DNA of 64,000 nt from a virus. Within the stretch, counting starts at the first letter, position 1. Every line of letters begins with the position of its first letter. The notes under the pieces were generated by a model. That model worked only from the letters and a program-made list of their open reading frames with translations, was not told the DNA's origin and ran no database searches. This document shows, piece by piece, positions 17,308 to 26,649 of this stretch. The DNA lies in the IMG/VR virus record IMGVR_UViG_3300033056_000008, positions 114,471-178,470 of that record; one strand, given 5' to 3'. The position numbers and the translations under genes are program-made.

Positions 17308-20076
17308 TTGCATAACAACCAGTTCTACACCTTTAAATTCTCCTCATCTAGATTGAAGGAGTTTGATTACAATATTGAGTTGAGTATTGATAAAGCAATT
17401 GAATACGGGGAGTTAATAGCTCTTTTCGAGAATCAATTCATAAGATCAATTAACCATATACATAATAGAGTCATAGACAACGAGCATGTTCGACAGTTAA
17501 AGGAACGAAAAAAGGCATTATCCCTTCTAGAGCATTCAGAAGAAAATTCAACGGAAATAGCTAAGATTAACAAAGTGATTCATGAAACTTTCTTTGTTCC
17601 TGAATACATAACAATTGTAATGGATAGCAATGTTCATTATAAATACCTATACAAAAACAAATTAAAACTAAATGGAAAGTACTACAAGCGTTTTAACTCC
17701 TCTGCATCTCAAGCGAGGACATCTACTGTATTGTTTATTGAGGAAGAAACTGCAGATAAATTGGAGCAGATTATAGATAATGGTAGAGATATGAACAAGA
17801 AACTTGTTCCAAGTAAACTTAACGCTTATCGAGGATTAGCCGGTAGTAGTACTCTAACAGTATCTGCACCAAAGTTTTGCTTAGTACCTGATTATGAAAG
17901 CCCAACTGAAGTAACAGTTAATTTTGTAACTGAAAAGGATAAAAATGAGGATGACGTAATTGAAGTTATCACAAAAACAGAAATGTTTAATCGTTTCGAT
18001 GGTCAAGGAATCATAAGTATAGAGTTGGCTAAAAAATGGGCTGATGAATTAGGTTTGGATTACATCCCTGCTCAATGGTGTTTACGCAATAGTTTTCTTA
18101 AAGGTATGGTTTGCACATTTGATATCAAAAAATTTGTTAGAGAAGTGAATAACGGGAATTCTCTAATTAATACTTCTTATAAAGATGCTGAAGGTAATCC
18201 AATTAAGGCAGACTTAAACGATTGTGAGTTGATTATTTCGGAAAGCCAGTTTAAACTTTGGGACTCCTTCTCTTCTATTGAAGAATACGAACAAAACTGT
18301 GAGAAGAATAAACTTGATTGGGGAGTTTCATTATTTAGTCCTAAAGAAGATAAAGACTTACTCAAAATGAATTATCAATTTTTACAGACTTTAGATTTAA
18401 ATGAAACCGCAATAGAGAAAGTTTGTAGTAAGTTTGTAAACTGGATAACTAATGTAACAACCGATGACATACACTTCACTCTCCTCTTCTTATTGGGTGA
18501 AAATACTAATGAGGAGAAGATTAACAATTATTTAGAGAATAGCGAAAATCATTGGATTAAAGCTTTAATTTACCAACCTAAATTAATGCAGGATAAATAC
18601 ATAAAGAAGAAAGTTTATGATTTGATTAAACGCAAAATCCAACATGCTTGTCTGGGTGAAATATATGTAGACGGTAACTTTCAAACAATTGTAAGTGATC
18701 CATTCGCTCAGATGCAGCACGTATGTGGTTTAGAAGTTACCGGTTTATTGGGTAGGAATGAGTTTTATTCTGGCTACTGGAATAAAAAGGGCGTAAAAGT
18801 TGTTGATTCAATGAGAGCTCCCCTCACCTACCGTAGTGAGCACGTACTATTAAACTTAAATGAAAACGATGAATTGAATGATTGGTTCAAGTATTGCTAC
18901 ACAGGTATTTTAGTGAATGCCCATGGTGAAGAAACAATGAGGTGGGCAGGAAGTGACTTTGATTATGATATCATTGCCACTACATCTGAAGAAAGTATTA
19001 TTAACGGGGTTTACACAGATGAATTACCAATAGCATATCAAGCTCCTAAGTCAGACAAGAAAATTGTAAATAATGATGACTTGTTTAAGTCAGATTTGTT
19101 TAGCTTTGGAAGTATTATCGGTTCAATTACAAATAAATCAACAAGTGGTTTCGCCCTCCTTCCCCTGCTCGAAGAAGGATCAGAAGAATATAAAGCAACG
19201 TTAAACAGAATTAAAATGTGTACAAAGTTACAATCCGCACAAATTGATAAAGCTAAGATCGGTAAAAAGGTTAAAGGTATACCGAGTCCTTGGGTCAAGT
19301 ATGAAAAGGTTACAGAAGATGATTCAGATGATGAAAGAGATAGAAAAGCATTTAATAATAGTATTCTTCTTGATAAGCATCCGTACTTCTTTATCTACCT
19401 ATACAAAGGTACAAGGATAAAGTATAAGAAACACTTAGCTAGTTACAATATTACTTCTATGCAGCGATTTGGTTTAGAGTTAGATAATTTAATAAACCTA
19501 AAGAGAAAAACACCTGAACAGCACGAATTTATAAAGCAATTTTACAGATACTCGCCTGTAATTGATAGTGACTGTGTAATGAATAACTTGTGTAAATACA
19601 TTGAATCTGTTGATTTTGGTATTAGAAACATTCTAAAAATGGATGAAGATGAGGAAGTTTATAAATTAATTCAGAAAGATGGTACACCTTTTATAGAAGA
19701 TACTTACAAGGAAATAGTGAAAATACATAACGAGTATAAAAAAACTATAAATCAAATGTCATCCTTGAGCACACAGGATTCAAGGTCAAAGTTTGATGAT
19801 AATGCTTACAGCAAAAAGGTCGGGCAATACGATTTATTTAAAAAGAAAGTCTTAGAAGTTTGCTCTAATGAAAATGAAGTATTGAATTACTTAATCAGAT
19901 TATTGTATGTAGACTCCCCTTCTGGTAACAAAGATTTATTATGGAACGCATATGGAGATCAAATTGTTACTAACTTAAAGTCTAAAGTCAATCACTACTC
20001 TATTCCAATTAAAGATGTAGATGGAGACTTCGAGTATTTAAACAAGAAATATACTTTAAAAAAGGTGGAGTTGTAA
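17308..20076 (+). CDS. yonO: YonO-type single-subunit DNA-dependent RNA polymerase (RdRP-like double-psi barrel)
   Basis: 922 aa; RFDGQG, KGM, RAP and GSDFDYD (DxDxD) motifs; position directly before the late operon as in SPbeta. Confidence 0.85.
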   Translation: MHNNQFYTFKFSSSRLKEFDYNIELSIDKAIEYGELIALFENQFIRSINHIHNRVIDNEHVRQLKERKKALSLLEHSEENSTEIAKINKVIHETFFVPEYITIVMDSNVHYKYLYKNKLKLNGKYYKRFNSSASQARTSTVLFIEEETADKLEQIIDNGRDMNKKLVPSKLNAYRGLAGSSTLTVSAPKFCLVPDYESPTEVTVNFVTEKDKNEDDVIEVITKTEMFNRFDGQGIISIELAKKWADELGLDYIPAQWCLRNSFLKGMVCTFDIKKFVREVNNGNSLINTSYKDAEGNPIKADLNDCELIISESQFKLWDSFSSIEEYEQNCEKNKLDWGVSLFSPKEDKDLLKMNYQFLQTLDLNETAIEKVCSKFVNWITNVTTDDIHFTLLFLLGENTNEEKINNYLENSENHWIKALIYQPKLMQDKYIKKKVYDLIKRKIQHACLGEIYVDGNFQTIVSDPFAQMQHVCGLEVTGLLGRNEFYSGYWNKKGVKVVDSMRAPLTYRSEHVLLNLNENDELNDWFKYCYTGILVNAHGEETMRWAGSDFDYDIIATTSEESIINGVYTDELPIAYQAPKSDKKIVNNDDLFKSDLFSFGSIIGSITNKSTSGFALLPLLEEGSEEYKATLNRIKMCTKLQSAQIDKAKIGKKVKGIPSPWVKYEKVTEDDSDDERDRKAFNNSILLDKHPYFFIYLYKGTRIKYKKHLASYNITSMQRFGLELDNLINLKRKTPEQHEFIKQFYRYSPVIDSDCVMNNLCKYIESVDFGIRNILKMDEDEEVYKLIQKDGTPFIEDTYKEIVKIHNEYKKTINQMSSLSTQDSRSKFDDNAYSKKVGQYDLFKKKVLEVCSNENEVLNYLIRLLYVDSPSGNKDLLWNAYGDQIVTNLKSKVNHYSIPIKDVDGDFEYLNKKYTLKKVEL

Positions 20077-20077
20077 T

Positions 20078-20881
20078 ATGTACAAATATAATGAAAAGAA
20101 ATATGTTGAACACATTTTGAAAAATGGATTTAGTGGCAAACACATAAATAATGAAATCAGGCTACTTGCAATTCACTTTAAAGAGCAGGGATATAATGAA
20201 ACTGAGAGAGAAAACCTTCTATATGAATTCTGCGAGAAAAATCTTGAGGCGTTTGATCGTGTTGAATACTTTAAGAAAATCAATGCAGCATTAAACAACG
20301 CTAGTAAGGGTGAATCTCGGCTAATTGAAGTTTCTGAAATAAATGTAAGTCAAACAGAATTAAATTACATAGACCAACTTAATTTTAGTCATGATTATAA
20401 GAAAATAATCTTTACCCTTCTTGCGTTAGATAAGTTGAACAAGGAAGTTCAGAAACAACGTGATCCTGAGAAGTTAAATGAAGAGCATTTCTTTGGTGGT
20501 ACAAATAAGAACTACAAAGAATTGATTGATGCTTCAACAGTTCATATGAAGAGTAAGAAAATACATAGTATAATTAGAGAGTTTGCTGAATTAGGAATTG
20601 TTGAGATTCGTGGCAGAGGTTATATTAAACTATCATTCTTGTATGATTTAAAACCCACTACTGAATCAGTAATAAATATTAATCAATATGATAAGTTGGG
20701 GTATTACTATGATTTTCATCATTTATTAAATAAAATTAAAGAATGTGTGTCATGCTTAAGCTTAATTAAACCTAAAAATAATAAAACTAAGTATTGCGAG
20801 TCATGTGCCAAAATAATAAAACACAAAAAAATCGCAGAAATCAATAAGAAAAATCGGTTAAAAAGAAAAGATGCTGAGTGA
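20078..20881 (+). CDS. hypothetical protein with C-terminal zinc finger, coupled to yonO
   Basis: CVSC...YCESC; starts 2 nt after the yonO stop. Confidence 0.75.
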   Translation: MYKYNEKKYVEHILKNGFSGKHINNEIRLLAIHFKEQGYNETERENLLYEFCEKNLEAFDRVEYFKKINAALNNASKGESRLIEVSEINVSQTELNYIDQLNFSHDYKKIIFTLLALDKLNKEVQKQRDPEKLNEEHFFGGTNKNYKELIDASTVHMKSKKIHSIIREFAELGIVEIRGRGYIKLSFLYDLKPTTESVININQYDKLGYYYDFHHLLNKIKECVSCLSLIKPKNNKTKYCESCAKIIKHKKIAEINKKNRLKRKDAE

Positions 20882-21100
20882 TTATAAAATAGAAAAGCTC
20901 TGAAACCCTTGGTATATCTAAGTTTCTAGCACTCTCGGTCAAATTGTACTATATGAAAGGAAATACGATAAAACTTTTCTTTTAATAGATTTATACATAA
21001 AATAAATTATTTATTAAGAGTAGGTATTTTACATCCCCTCACTTCCCTCCTACTCTGACATAAGCAATTAATAACAAATAACAAAAAAGGGGTAATACAT

Positions 21101-21751
21101 ATGCCAATGCCAAAAGATACTATGCTTTATGGATTTGCTTCAAAGTTAACTAACGAACAAAAAGAGTATGTTGATTCAATTTTTGATAATCAATTAACAA
21201 TCGTTAATGCTCGAAGTGGAACTGGAAAAACTACTTTGGCAGTTGGATGTGCGAAAATCATTGATAAACCCTTATTGTATGTCTTCTCCCCTGTTGAAGA
21301 AGATAAATTAGGTTATACTCCTGGTACAGTTGAAGAAAAAGAATCTAAGTATATTGTTCCACTTAAGGACGCTTTATTAGAGATTAATGAAGATCCTTCT
21401 AGAGTTATTCACTCTGAAGAAAATGTGGATAACGTTAAAAACGGTAATTGCTGGGTTAAAGCTCAATCTCATGTTTTTGCAAGAGGTACAAATATTAAAG
21501 ATATGACAGTTATAATTGATGAGTGTCAAAATTTCACTAAGTCAGAATTACGAAAAATTCTAACTAGAATTCATGATTCGTGCAAAGTGATTATGATTGG
21601 TCACACCGGTCAGATTGATTTAAAAGATCCTAGAGATAGTGGTTTTGCTGCGTATATAGAACACTTTAAGAAAAAAGACTACGCTCATGTTTGTGAACTT
21701 TCTTGGAATTTCCGAGGAAGGCTTGCTAATGATGCAGATGAATTAATATAA
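21101..21751 (+). CDS. phoH: PhoH-family ATPase
   Basis: ARSGTGKTT, LGYTPG, FARGTN, IIDECQN, LTRIH, GHTGQIDL. Confidence 0.93.
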   Translation: MPMPKDTMLYGFASKLTNEQKEYVDSIFDNQLTIVNARSGTGKTTLAVGCAKIIDKPLLYVFSPVEEDKLGYTPGTVEEKESKYIVPLKDALLEINEDPSRVIHSEENVDNVKNGNCWVKAQSHVFARGTNIKDMTVIIDECQNFTKSELRKILTRIHDSCKVIMIGHTGQIDLKDPRDSGFAAYIEHFKKKDYAHVCELSWNFRGRLANDADELI

Positions 21752-21826
21752 TTAGAAATTAAAAAATAAATTACATACATGTTCCGGTTTCTCAATGAAC
21801 CATTAATCATTGACTGATTGAAACGT

Positions 21827-21859
21827 ATCCCCTACTCACTCGAATAGGGGATTATTTTT
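21827..21859 (+). terminator. intrinsic terminator
   Basis: ATCCCCTA...TAGGGGAT hairpin plus T tract. Confidence 0.6.
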
Positions 21860-21890
21860 GTTCTGAGGATTAAAAGGAGGAGAAATAACT

Positions 21891-22127
21891 ATGGGTAAGA
21901 AGATTGGTAAGAATTCGGACGGGAAAAGTATTAAACGGGAAGGAAACCTAGATGTAGCGTCAATGATTCTTAGTTACCATGATGAAAAAACTGAAAGTAC
22001 TTTTGAATTTGACCTGAGTGAACCATTTAAAGAATATGATGGAGAAGATATTGAGGTAACTATTTCAATAACTAAAGTTGCTAAGCCTAAAAAAGAAACG
22101 ACGGTTGATGGCGAGGTAATTGAATGA
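21891..22127 (+). CDS. yonK: YonK-like protein
   Basis: GNLD...FEFDLSEPFKEYDGEDIEVTI resembles SPbeta YonK; synteny. Confidence 0.65.
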   Translation: MGKKIGKNSDGKSIKREGNLDVASMILSYHDEKTESTFEFDLSEPFKEYDGEDIEVTISITKVAKPKKETTVDGEVIE

Positions 22128-23362
22128 CCGAATATAATTTTGATAGGTTACAAGGTGAAACTTATTTCTCTCACTTAAAAAGAGTTTCAATTGCCAGATT
22201 AAATAAACAACACTCTATGGATTGGTTAGATATTAAAGATATGTTTAATTTCCAGCACAGCGGTGAATCTCTTCGTAAATATGCATCTGGTTGGAAGTTG
22301 GAAGAAGAAGCTAGGGAGATTGAACAGAACAACTCTGATGAAGAAATTCCTTATAAGGAAACAACTGAAATTTTAGCTAATGGTTCTCATAAATCAGATA
22401 AGTTATTACGTATGACTTCTGAACAATCTAAAGATGTTGGCTACCTCCTTTCTGCTCACGGATTTGATACGAAAGCGTGGGAACTAGTTAATGCTAAGAA
22501 TAATATTTGGAATGTACATAGTAAGCAAGATGGAGTTCAGACATTATACTCAAGTAAGATTACTGTTAAACCTAGAGTGACTGGTTTCGATGTAGAAGAT
22601 TTTCTTGAGAAAGCTAATAAGAAAATTAAACCTGTTTATAGAGAAAAACAGCTACTTGATGGAACTGATCTATTGGAAATCCCCCTCTTTGACCTTCATT
22701 TCGGAGTCAATTCATATGAGTCCTATGAAGGTGTCAAAAACGATATCCTTTCTAAAATCACAAGACGTGTTTGGGATAAAGTCTTCTTTATAATCGGACA
22801 AGATTTGCTGCACAACAATGGCTTTGATGGTAAAACATCTAGTGGCACACCAATTGAAAAAGTTGATATGGATAAAGCGTGGGAAGATGCATTTAACTTC
22901 TATAGTGAACTTATTTTTGCTGCACAAAACAATGCTAATTCAGTTGAAGCAAGCTATTCTATTGCTAATCATGATGACTCAATGAGTTGGGCATTTGTTA
23001 AATGTTTAGAAATAAAGTTTCCTGATATTAAGTTTGATACTTCTAAAAAAGTTAGAAAAGGTTTTGTCTGGAATGATATCTTTATTGGTTATACTCACGG
23101 TCATAAAGGTGCGAACAGACTGCATGAAAATTTCTTATCTGATTTTGGAAGACAAATGGCTGTTGCTAAAGTAGTTGAAATCCATAGTGGACATCTACAC
23201 ACTGAAGCTGCAAAAGATAAATTTGGTGTGCTTGTTAGAACATTATCTACAAAAGGAATTACAGATGATTGGCATGATGATAATGGGTTTATTGGGGCAC
23301 ACAAAAGGTTCCAGTTATTTGCGTACTCACCTGATAGCTTAGATGCGGTTTATTATATTTGA
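22124..23362 (+). CDS. calcineurin-like metallophosphoesterase (YonJ-like)
   Basis: DLHFG, GQDLLH, NHD, HGH, GHLH motifs. Confidence 0.85.
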   Translation: MTEYNFDRLQGETYFSHLKRVSIARLNKQHSMDWLDIKDMFNFQHSGESLRKYASGWKLEEEAREIEQNNSDEEIPYKETTEILANGSHKSDKLLRMTSEQSKDVGYLLSAHGFDTKAWELVNAKNNIWNVHSKQDGVQTLYSSKITVKPRVTGFDVEDFLEKANKKIKPVYREKQLLDGTDLLEIPLFDLHFGVNSYESYEGVKNDILSKITRRVWDKVFFIIGQDLLHNNGFDGKTSSGTPIEKVDMDKAWEDAFNFYSELIFAAQNNANSVEASYSIANHDDSMSWAFVKCLEIKFPDIKFDTSKKVRKGFVWNDIFIGYTHGHKGANRLHENFLSDFGRQMAVAKVVEIHSGHLHTEAAKDKFGVLVRTLSTKGITDDWHDDNGFIGAHKRFQLFAYSPDSLDAVYYI

Positions 23363-23439
23363 TTTTAAAGTAAAAATAAATTAATTAAAGGTATGATGTT
23401 TAAAACATCCTCTTCCTCCCTACTTAGGAGGTAACAATA

Positions 23440-23721
23440 ATGTTTGAAGAAGAATTTCCGAACGTATTAGTCATCCCTGACAATGATGAGCAACCTGAGG
23501 ATTTAGTTCAAAGATATAGAGACCTGTTGAATTATAACATTAAACGTGGTGTCTCTACAGAAGAAGTATTATGGATGTTCTTTGAAGATATTTCAGTTTG
23601 GGCACAAAAGCAATATCATATCACATCAGCAAGGCAAAGTTTACAAAATCTCGAAGATATACATATGTTTGAAAATGGTCTCTTGTTGGATATTGATGAT
23701 GACTTGGAAGGAGATGAATAA
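23440..23721 (+). CDS. acidic hypothetical protein
   Basis: SD AGGAGG. Confidence 0.7.
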   Translation: MFEEEFPNVLVIPDNDEQPEDLVQRYRDLLNYNIKRGVSTEEVLWMFFEDISVWAQKQYHITSARQSLQNLEDIHMFENGLLLDIDDDLEGDE

Positions 23722-23868
23722 ATGATTCATATCGACGAAAAAGAATTAGTTGAATTTATTGCAGATAACTCTTCTATTAGCAAAGAAGATATCATCAAAG
23801 TTCTAGATTTAGAAATGGAGTTTTTAGCACTCAAAGGTGTTATTGAAGAACTACCTGAAGACGAATAA
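23722..23868 (+). CDS. 48-aa protein resembling the HU/IHF N-terminal helices (not in track)
   Basis: MIHIDEKELVEFIADNSSISKEDIIKVLD...; SD AAGGAG, coupled to the upstream stop. Confidence 0.55.
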   Translation: MIHIDEKELVEFIADNSSISKEDIIKVLDLEMEFLALKGVIEELPEDE

Positions 23869-23980
23869 TACATATTGAAAGTCCTGAACATGCTTGTCAC
23901 TGTCGAGTTAAAACTCCTTTGTTGTGGCAGGCATGATTGAGGGCTTTTTATTTTACATGGAGTAAAAGGAGTGAAATGAA

Positions 23981-24895
23981 ATGTCTAGAAAAGACACAAG
24001 TAAATATATAGTTTGTATAAGTTGCACAGAAGAAAAATTAAAAGATAAATTCTTTTATAATACAAAAAATAAAATATACGAAAAAATCGGCAAGCTTCCC
24101 GTGTGCAAGGCTTGTTTAAAATCAATGATTGATTATGATGACATGGAAAGTGTCTATTCTGTTCTCAGACAATTTGATATTAAGTTTGACATTAACTATT
24201 GGGAAACTGCACTTGAAAGTAAAACTGATACATTTGCTCGCTATATTACAATGGCAAATTCATTACCAAACTTTGATGGTACAGGTTGGAAAGACAGTGT
24301 ATTCATAAAACAAGAAGTACATGATGAACCGATAAAGGAATCTGACGAATCCATTAATACACTCCCTTCTAATTCTATTAATAAATTTAAAATTAGTGAC
24401 GATGTAGTCGACAAATGGGGATTTGGATATTTACCAGAAGAATATCGCGCATTTGAAAATAAATATGCCATGTTGAAAAACAATTATCAAGAAAAGACAG
24501 CGATGCATACAGAAGCACTTCTTACTTATATACGATACCGTGTTAAAGAAGAACTTGCTACTGCTAAGAATGATATGAAGGCTGCTAAAGACTGGGGAGT
24601 ACTTGCTCAAAAAGCTGCACAAGATGCCAAAATTAACCCATCTCAATTAAGTAAATCTGATTTGTCGGACGGGTTAGATACTTTTGGTCAATTGGTTCGT
24701 TCTGTTGAGCAGGCAGTTGATATCATCCCTATTCTTCCTGTCTTCAAAGAGCGCCCACAGGATAAAGTTGACTTCACAATATTCTGTTACATTAATTACA
24801 TAAGAGACCTTAAAGGTTTACCTTTAGCTGAGTATGAAGATATCTATTCATTTTATGAATCTCGAAAAAAAGAATTTGAAAAGAGAGATGATTAG
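23981..24895 (+). CDS. YonG-like protein, probable terminase small subunit
   Basis: N-terminal CISC...CKAC; directly precedes TerL. Confidence 0.65.
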   Translation: MSRKDTSKYIVCISCTEEKLKDKFFYNTKNKIYEKIGKLPVCKACLKSMIDYDDMESVYSVLRQFDIKFDINYWETALESKTDTFARYITMANSLPNFDGTGWKDSVFIKQEVHDEPIKESDESINTLPSNSINKFKISDDVVDKWGFGYLPEEYRAFENKYAMLKNNYQEKTAMHTEALLTYIRYRVKEELATAKNDMKAAKDWGVLAQKAAQDAKINPSQLSKSDLSDGLDTFGQLVRSVEQAVDIIPILPVFKERPQDKVDFTIFCYINYIRDLKGLPLAEYEDIYSFYESRKKEFEKRDD

Positions 24896-24897
24896 AT

Positions 24898-26643
24898 ATG
24901 AGCTCATACGCTAATTTCCAATCTAATAACGAGAAACATAAAAATGATAGATATGATATTTACAATCCTGATTTCAATTCAACAATTGATTCAAAAGGAG
25001 AAAAAGAATTAGACAGTTTCACAAGAAACTTGCCAAAATATATAGACTTTGTAAGTTGGGCAAGGTGGAATCCTGATCTTTTTTGGGATTTGATTACTCC
25101 TGAAACTGGTGGAATTCGTTTGGATTTGGATCAGCGAGTATTCTTAAGATGTATTGCCCGGTTTACTTCCAATTATGGAGTGTTTCCACGAGGATACGGC
25201 AAAACTCTACTTGAAATCATGGGAATGTATCATACGGCAATATTTTTTCCAGATATTGAAATTACAATGACAGCTCAAACCAGAGAAAATGCTGCTAAAC
25301 TCGTGGATGAGAAACATAGGGAATTAACAAAGTTTTACCCTTTATTAAAAAACGAAATCACAAAATATTCATCTTCTAAAGATGCTGTTGAGGTTCTATT
25401 TACTTCAGGTGGTCGAGTAGATGTACTTGCAAATAACCAAAGCACAAAAGGAGCTCGACGCAAAAGGCTGAACGTGGAAGAAGCTGCACAGTTAAATGCT
25501 GCGCTATTTGATGACGTATTAGAGCCAATTGTCAACGTTCCAAGAAGAACTATTGGTAAACAAGCACTTATTAATCCAGAGGAGTTAAACGGGCAAATCA
25601 ACTTTTTTACAACAAGTTGGTATCGTGGGACTGATGAATTCGAGCGTAATATACAAATGATTGATGATATGGCTGAGTTAAAAGGTAAGATTGTCATCGG
25701 TTCAGATTGGCAACTGGCTTGTACTTATGGTCGTGGAGAAACCAGGTCGCAACTACTTGATAAAAAAGCTAAATTATCCCCTACTTTCTTTGCCTTAAAC
25801 TACGAATCAAAGTGGGTTGGTGCTGCAGATAATGCATTGGTTGATATCAATAAAGTAATGAAACTGAGGGTTCTTCCTAAGCCGGATTTAAAGCCAGATA
25901 AAAACTATGAATATATCATTTCTATGGACGTTGCGAGAAGTTCTAGTGATTCGAACAACCAATCTTCCATAGCAGTTTTGAAATATAAACGTGGTAAAAA
26001 AGGAAATGTTACTACTATTAAATTAGCTAACATCTTTAACTTACCTAATGGATTAAACTTTACAGCACAAACCGTGGAGTTAAAACGAGTTGCAAACCTA
26101 TATAAGCCTAAGGTTGTTGTTGTCGATACAAATGGAATAGGTAGCGCAATTAAAGACGAAGCGTTAAAATCAACGCTTGATCCAATTACAGGAGAAGATT
26201 TGGGTTGTTGGGATACTATCAATACTGATGATGAACCTGAAGAAAACAACGCCCCAAAATTATTGTACGCTTTGACAGCACAAGGAATTAACAGTGACAT
26301 AATTGTTAGTTTTATTGATGCAATAGAGAGCGAGAAATTTCAACTTCTAGATAAAAAGTCTAATGAAGATTATGACGCACAAGATAGAGATAATTTCAAT
26401 ACAATGATCATGCCTCATATCCAGACTGATTTCCTTTTGGAAGAAATCGCTAACCTCAAGCTTAAAATTGGTCAGAATGGTAAATATCAAGTTGAGCAAG
26501 TTACTAAGCGAACCAATAAGGATAGATATTCTGCTACCGCAATGGGATTGTGGTACATAAAAGAATTTGAGGATCGATTTGAAAAAGAAGCACAAAAGTT
26601 TGATGTAAATAAATTGTTTATGTTTAAAAGACCTAACATATAA
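24898..26643 (+). CDS. terL: terminase large subunit (YonF-like)
   Basis: PRGYGKT Walker A, LNVEEA Walker B, SMDVAR, VVDTNGIG, KDRYSA nuclease motifs. Confidence 0.92.
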   Translation: MSSYANFQSNNEKHKNDRYDIYNPDFNSTIDSKGEKELDSFTRNLPKYIDFVSWARWNPDLFWDLITPETGGIRLDLDQRVFLRCIARFTSNYGVFPRGYGKTLLEIMGMYHTAIFFPDIEITMTAQTRENAAKLVDEKHRELTKFYPLLKNEITKYSSSKDAVEVLFTSGGRVDVLANNQSTKGARRKRLNVEEAAQLNAALFDDVLEPIVNVPRRTIGKQALINPEELNGQINFFTTSWYRGTDEFERNIQMIDDMAELKGKIVIGSDWQLACTYGRGETRSQLLDKKAKLSPTFFALNYESKWVGAADNALVDINKVMKLRVLPKPDLKPDKNYEYIISMDVARSSSDSNNQSSIAVLKYKRGKKGNVTTIKLANIFNLPNGLNFTAQTVELKRVANLYKPKVVVVDTNGIGSAIKDEALKSTLDPITGEDLGCWDTINTDDEPEENNAPKLLYALTAQGINSDIIVSFIDAIESEKFQLLDKKSNEDYDAQDRDNFNTMIMPHIQTDFLLEEIANLKLKIGQNGKYQVEQVTKRTNKDRYSATAMGLWYIKEFEDRFEKEAQKFDVNKLFMFKRPNI

Positions 26644-26649
26644 GGAGGT

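Noticed and set aside
21781-21860. tRNA gene
   Set aside because: No cloverleaf or TTCRA loop in the right context; no tRNA recognised in the window
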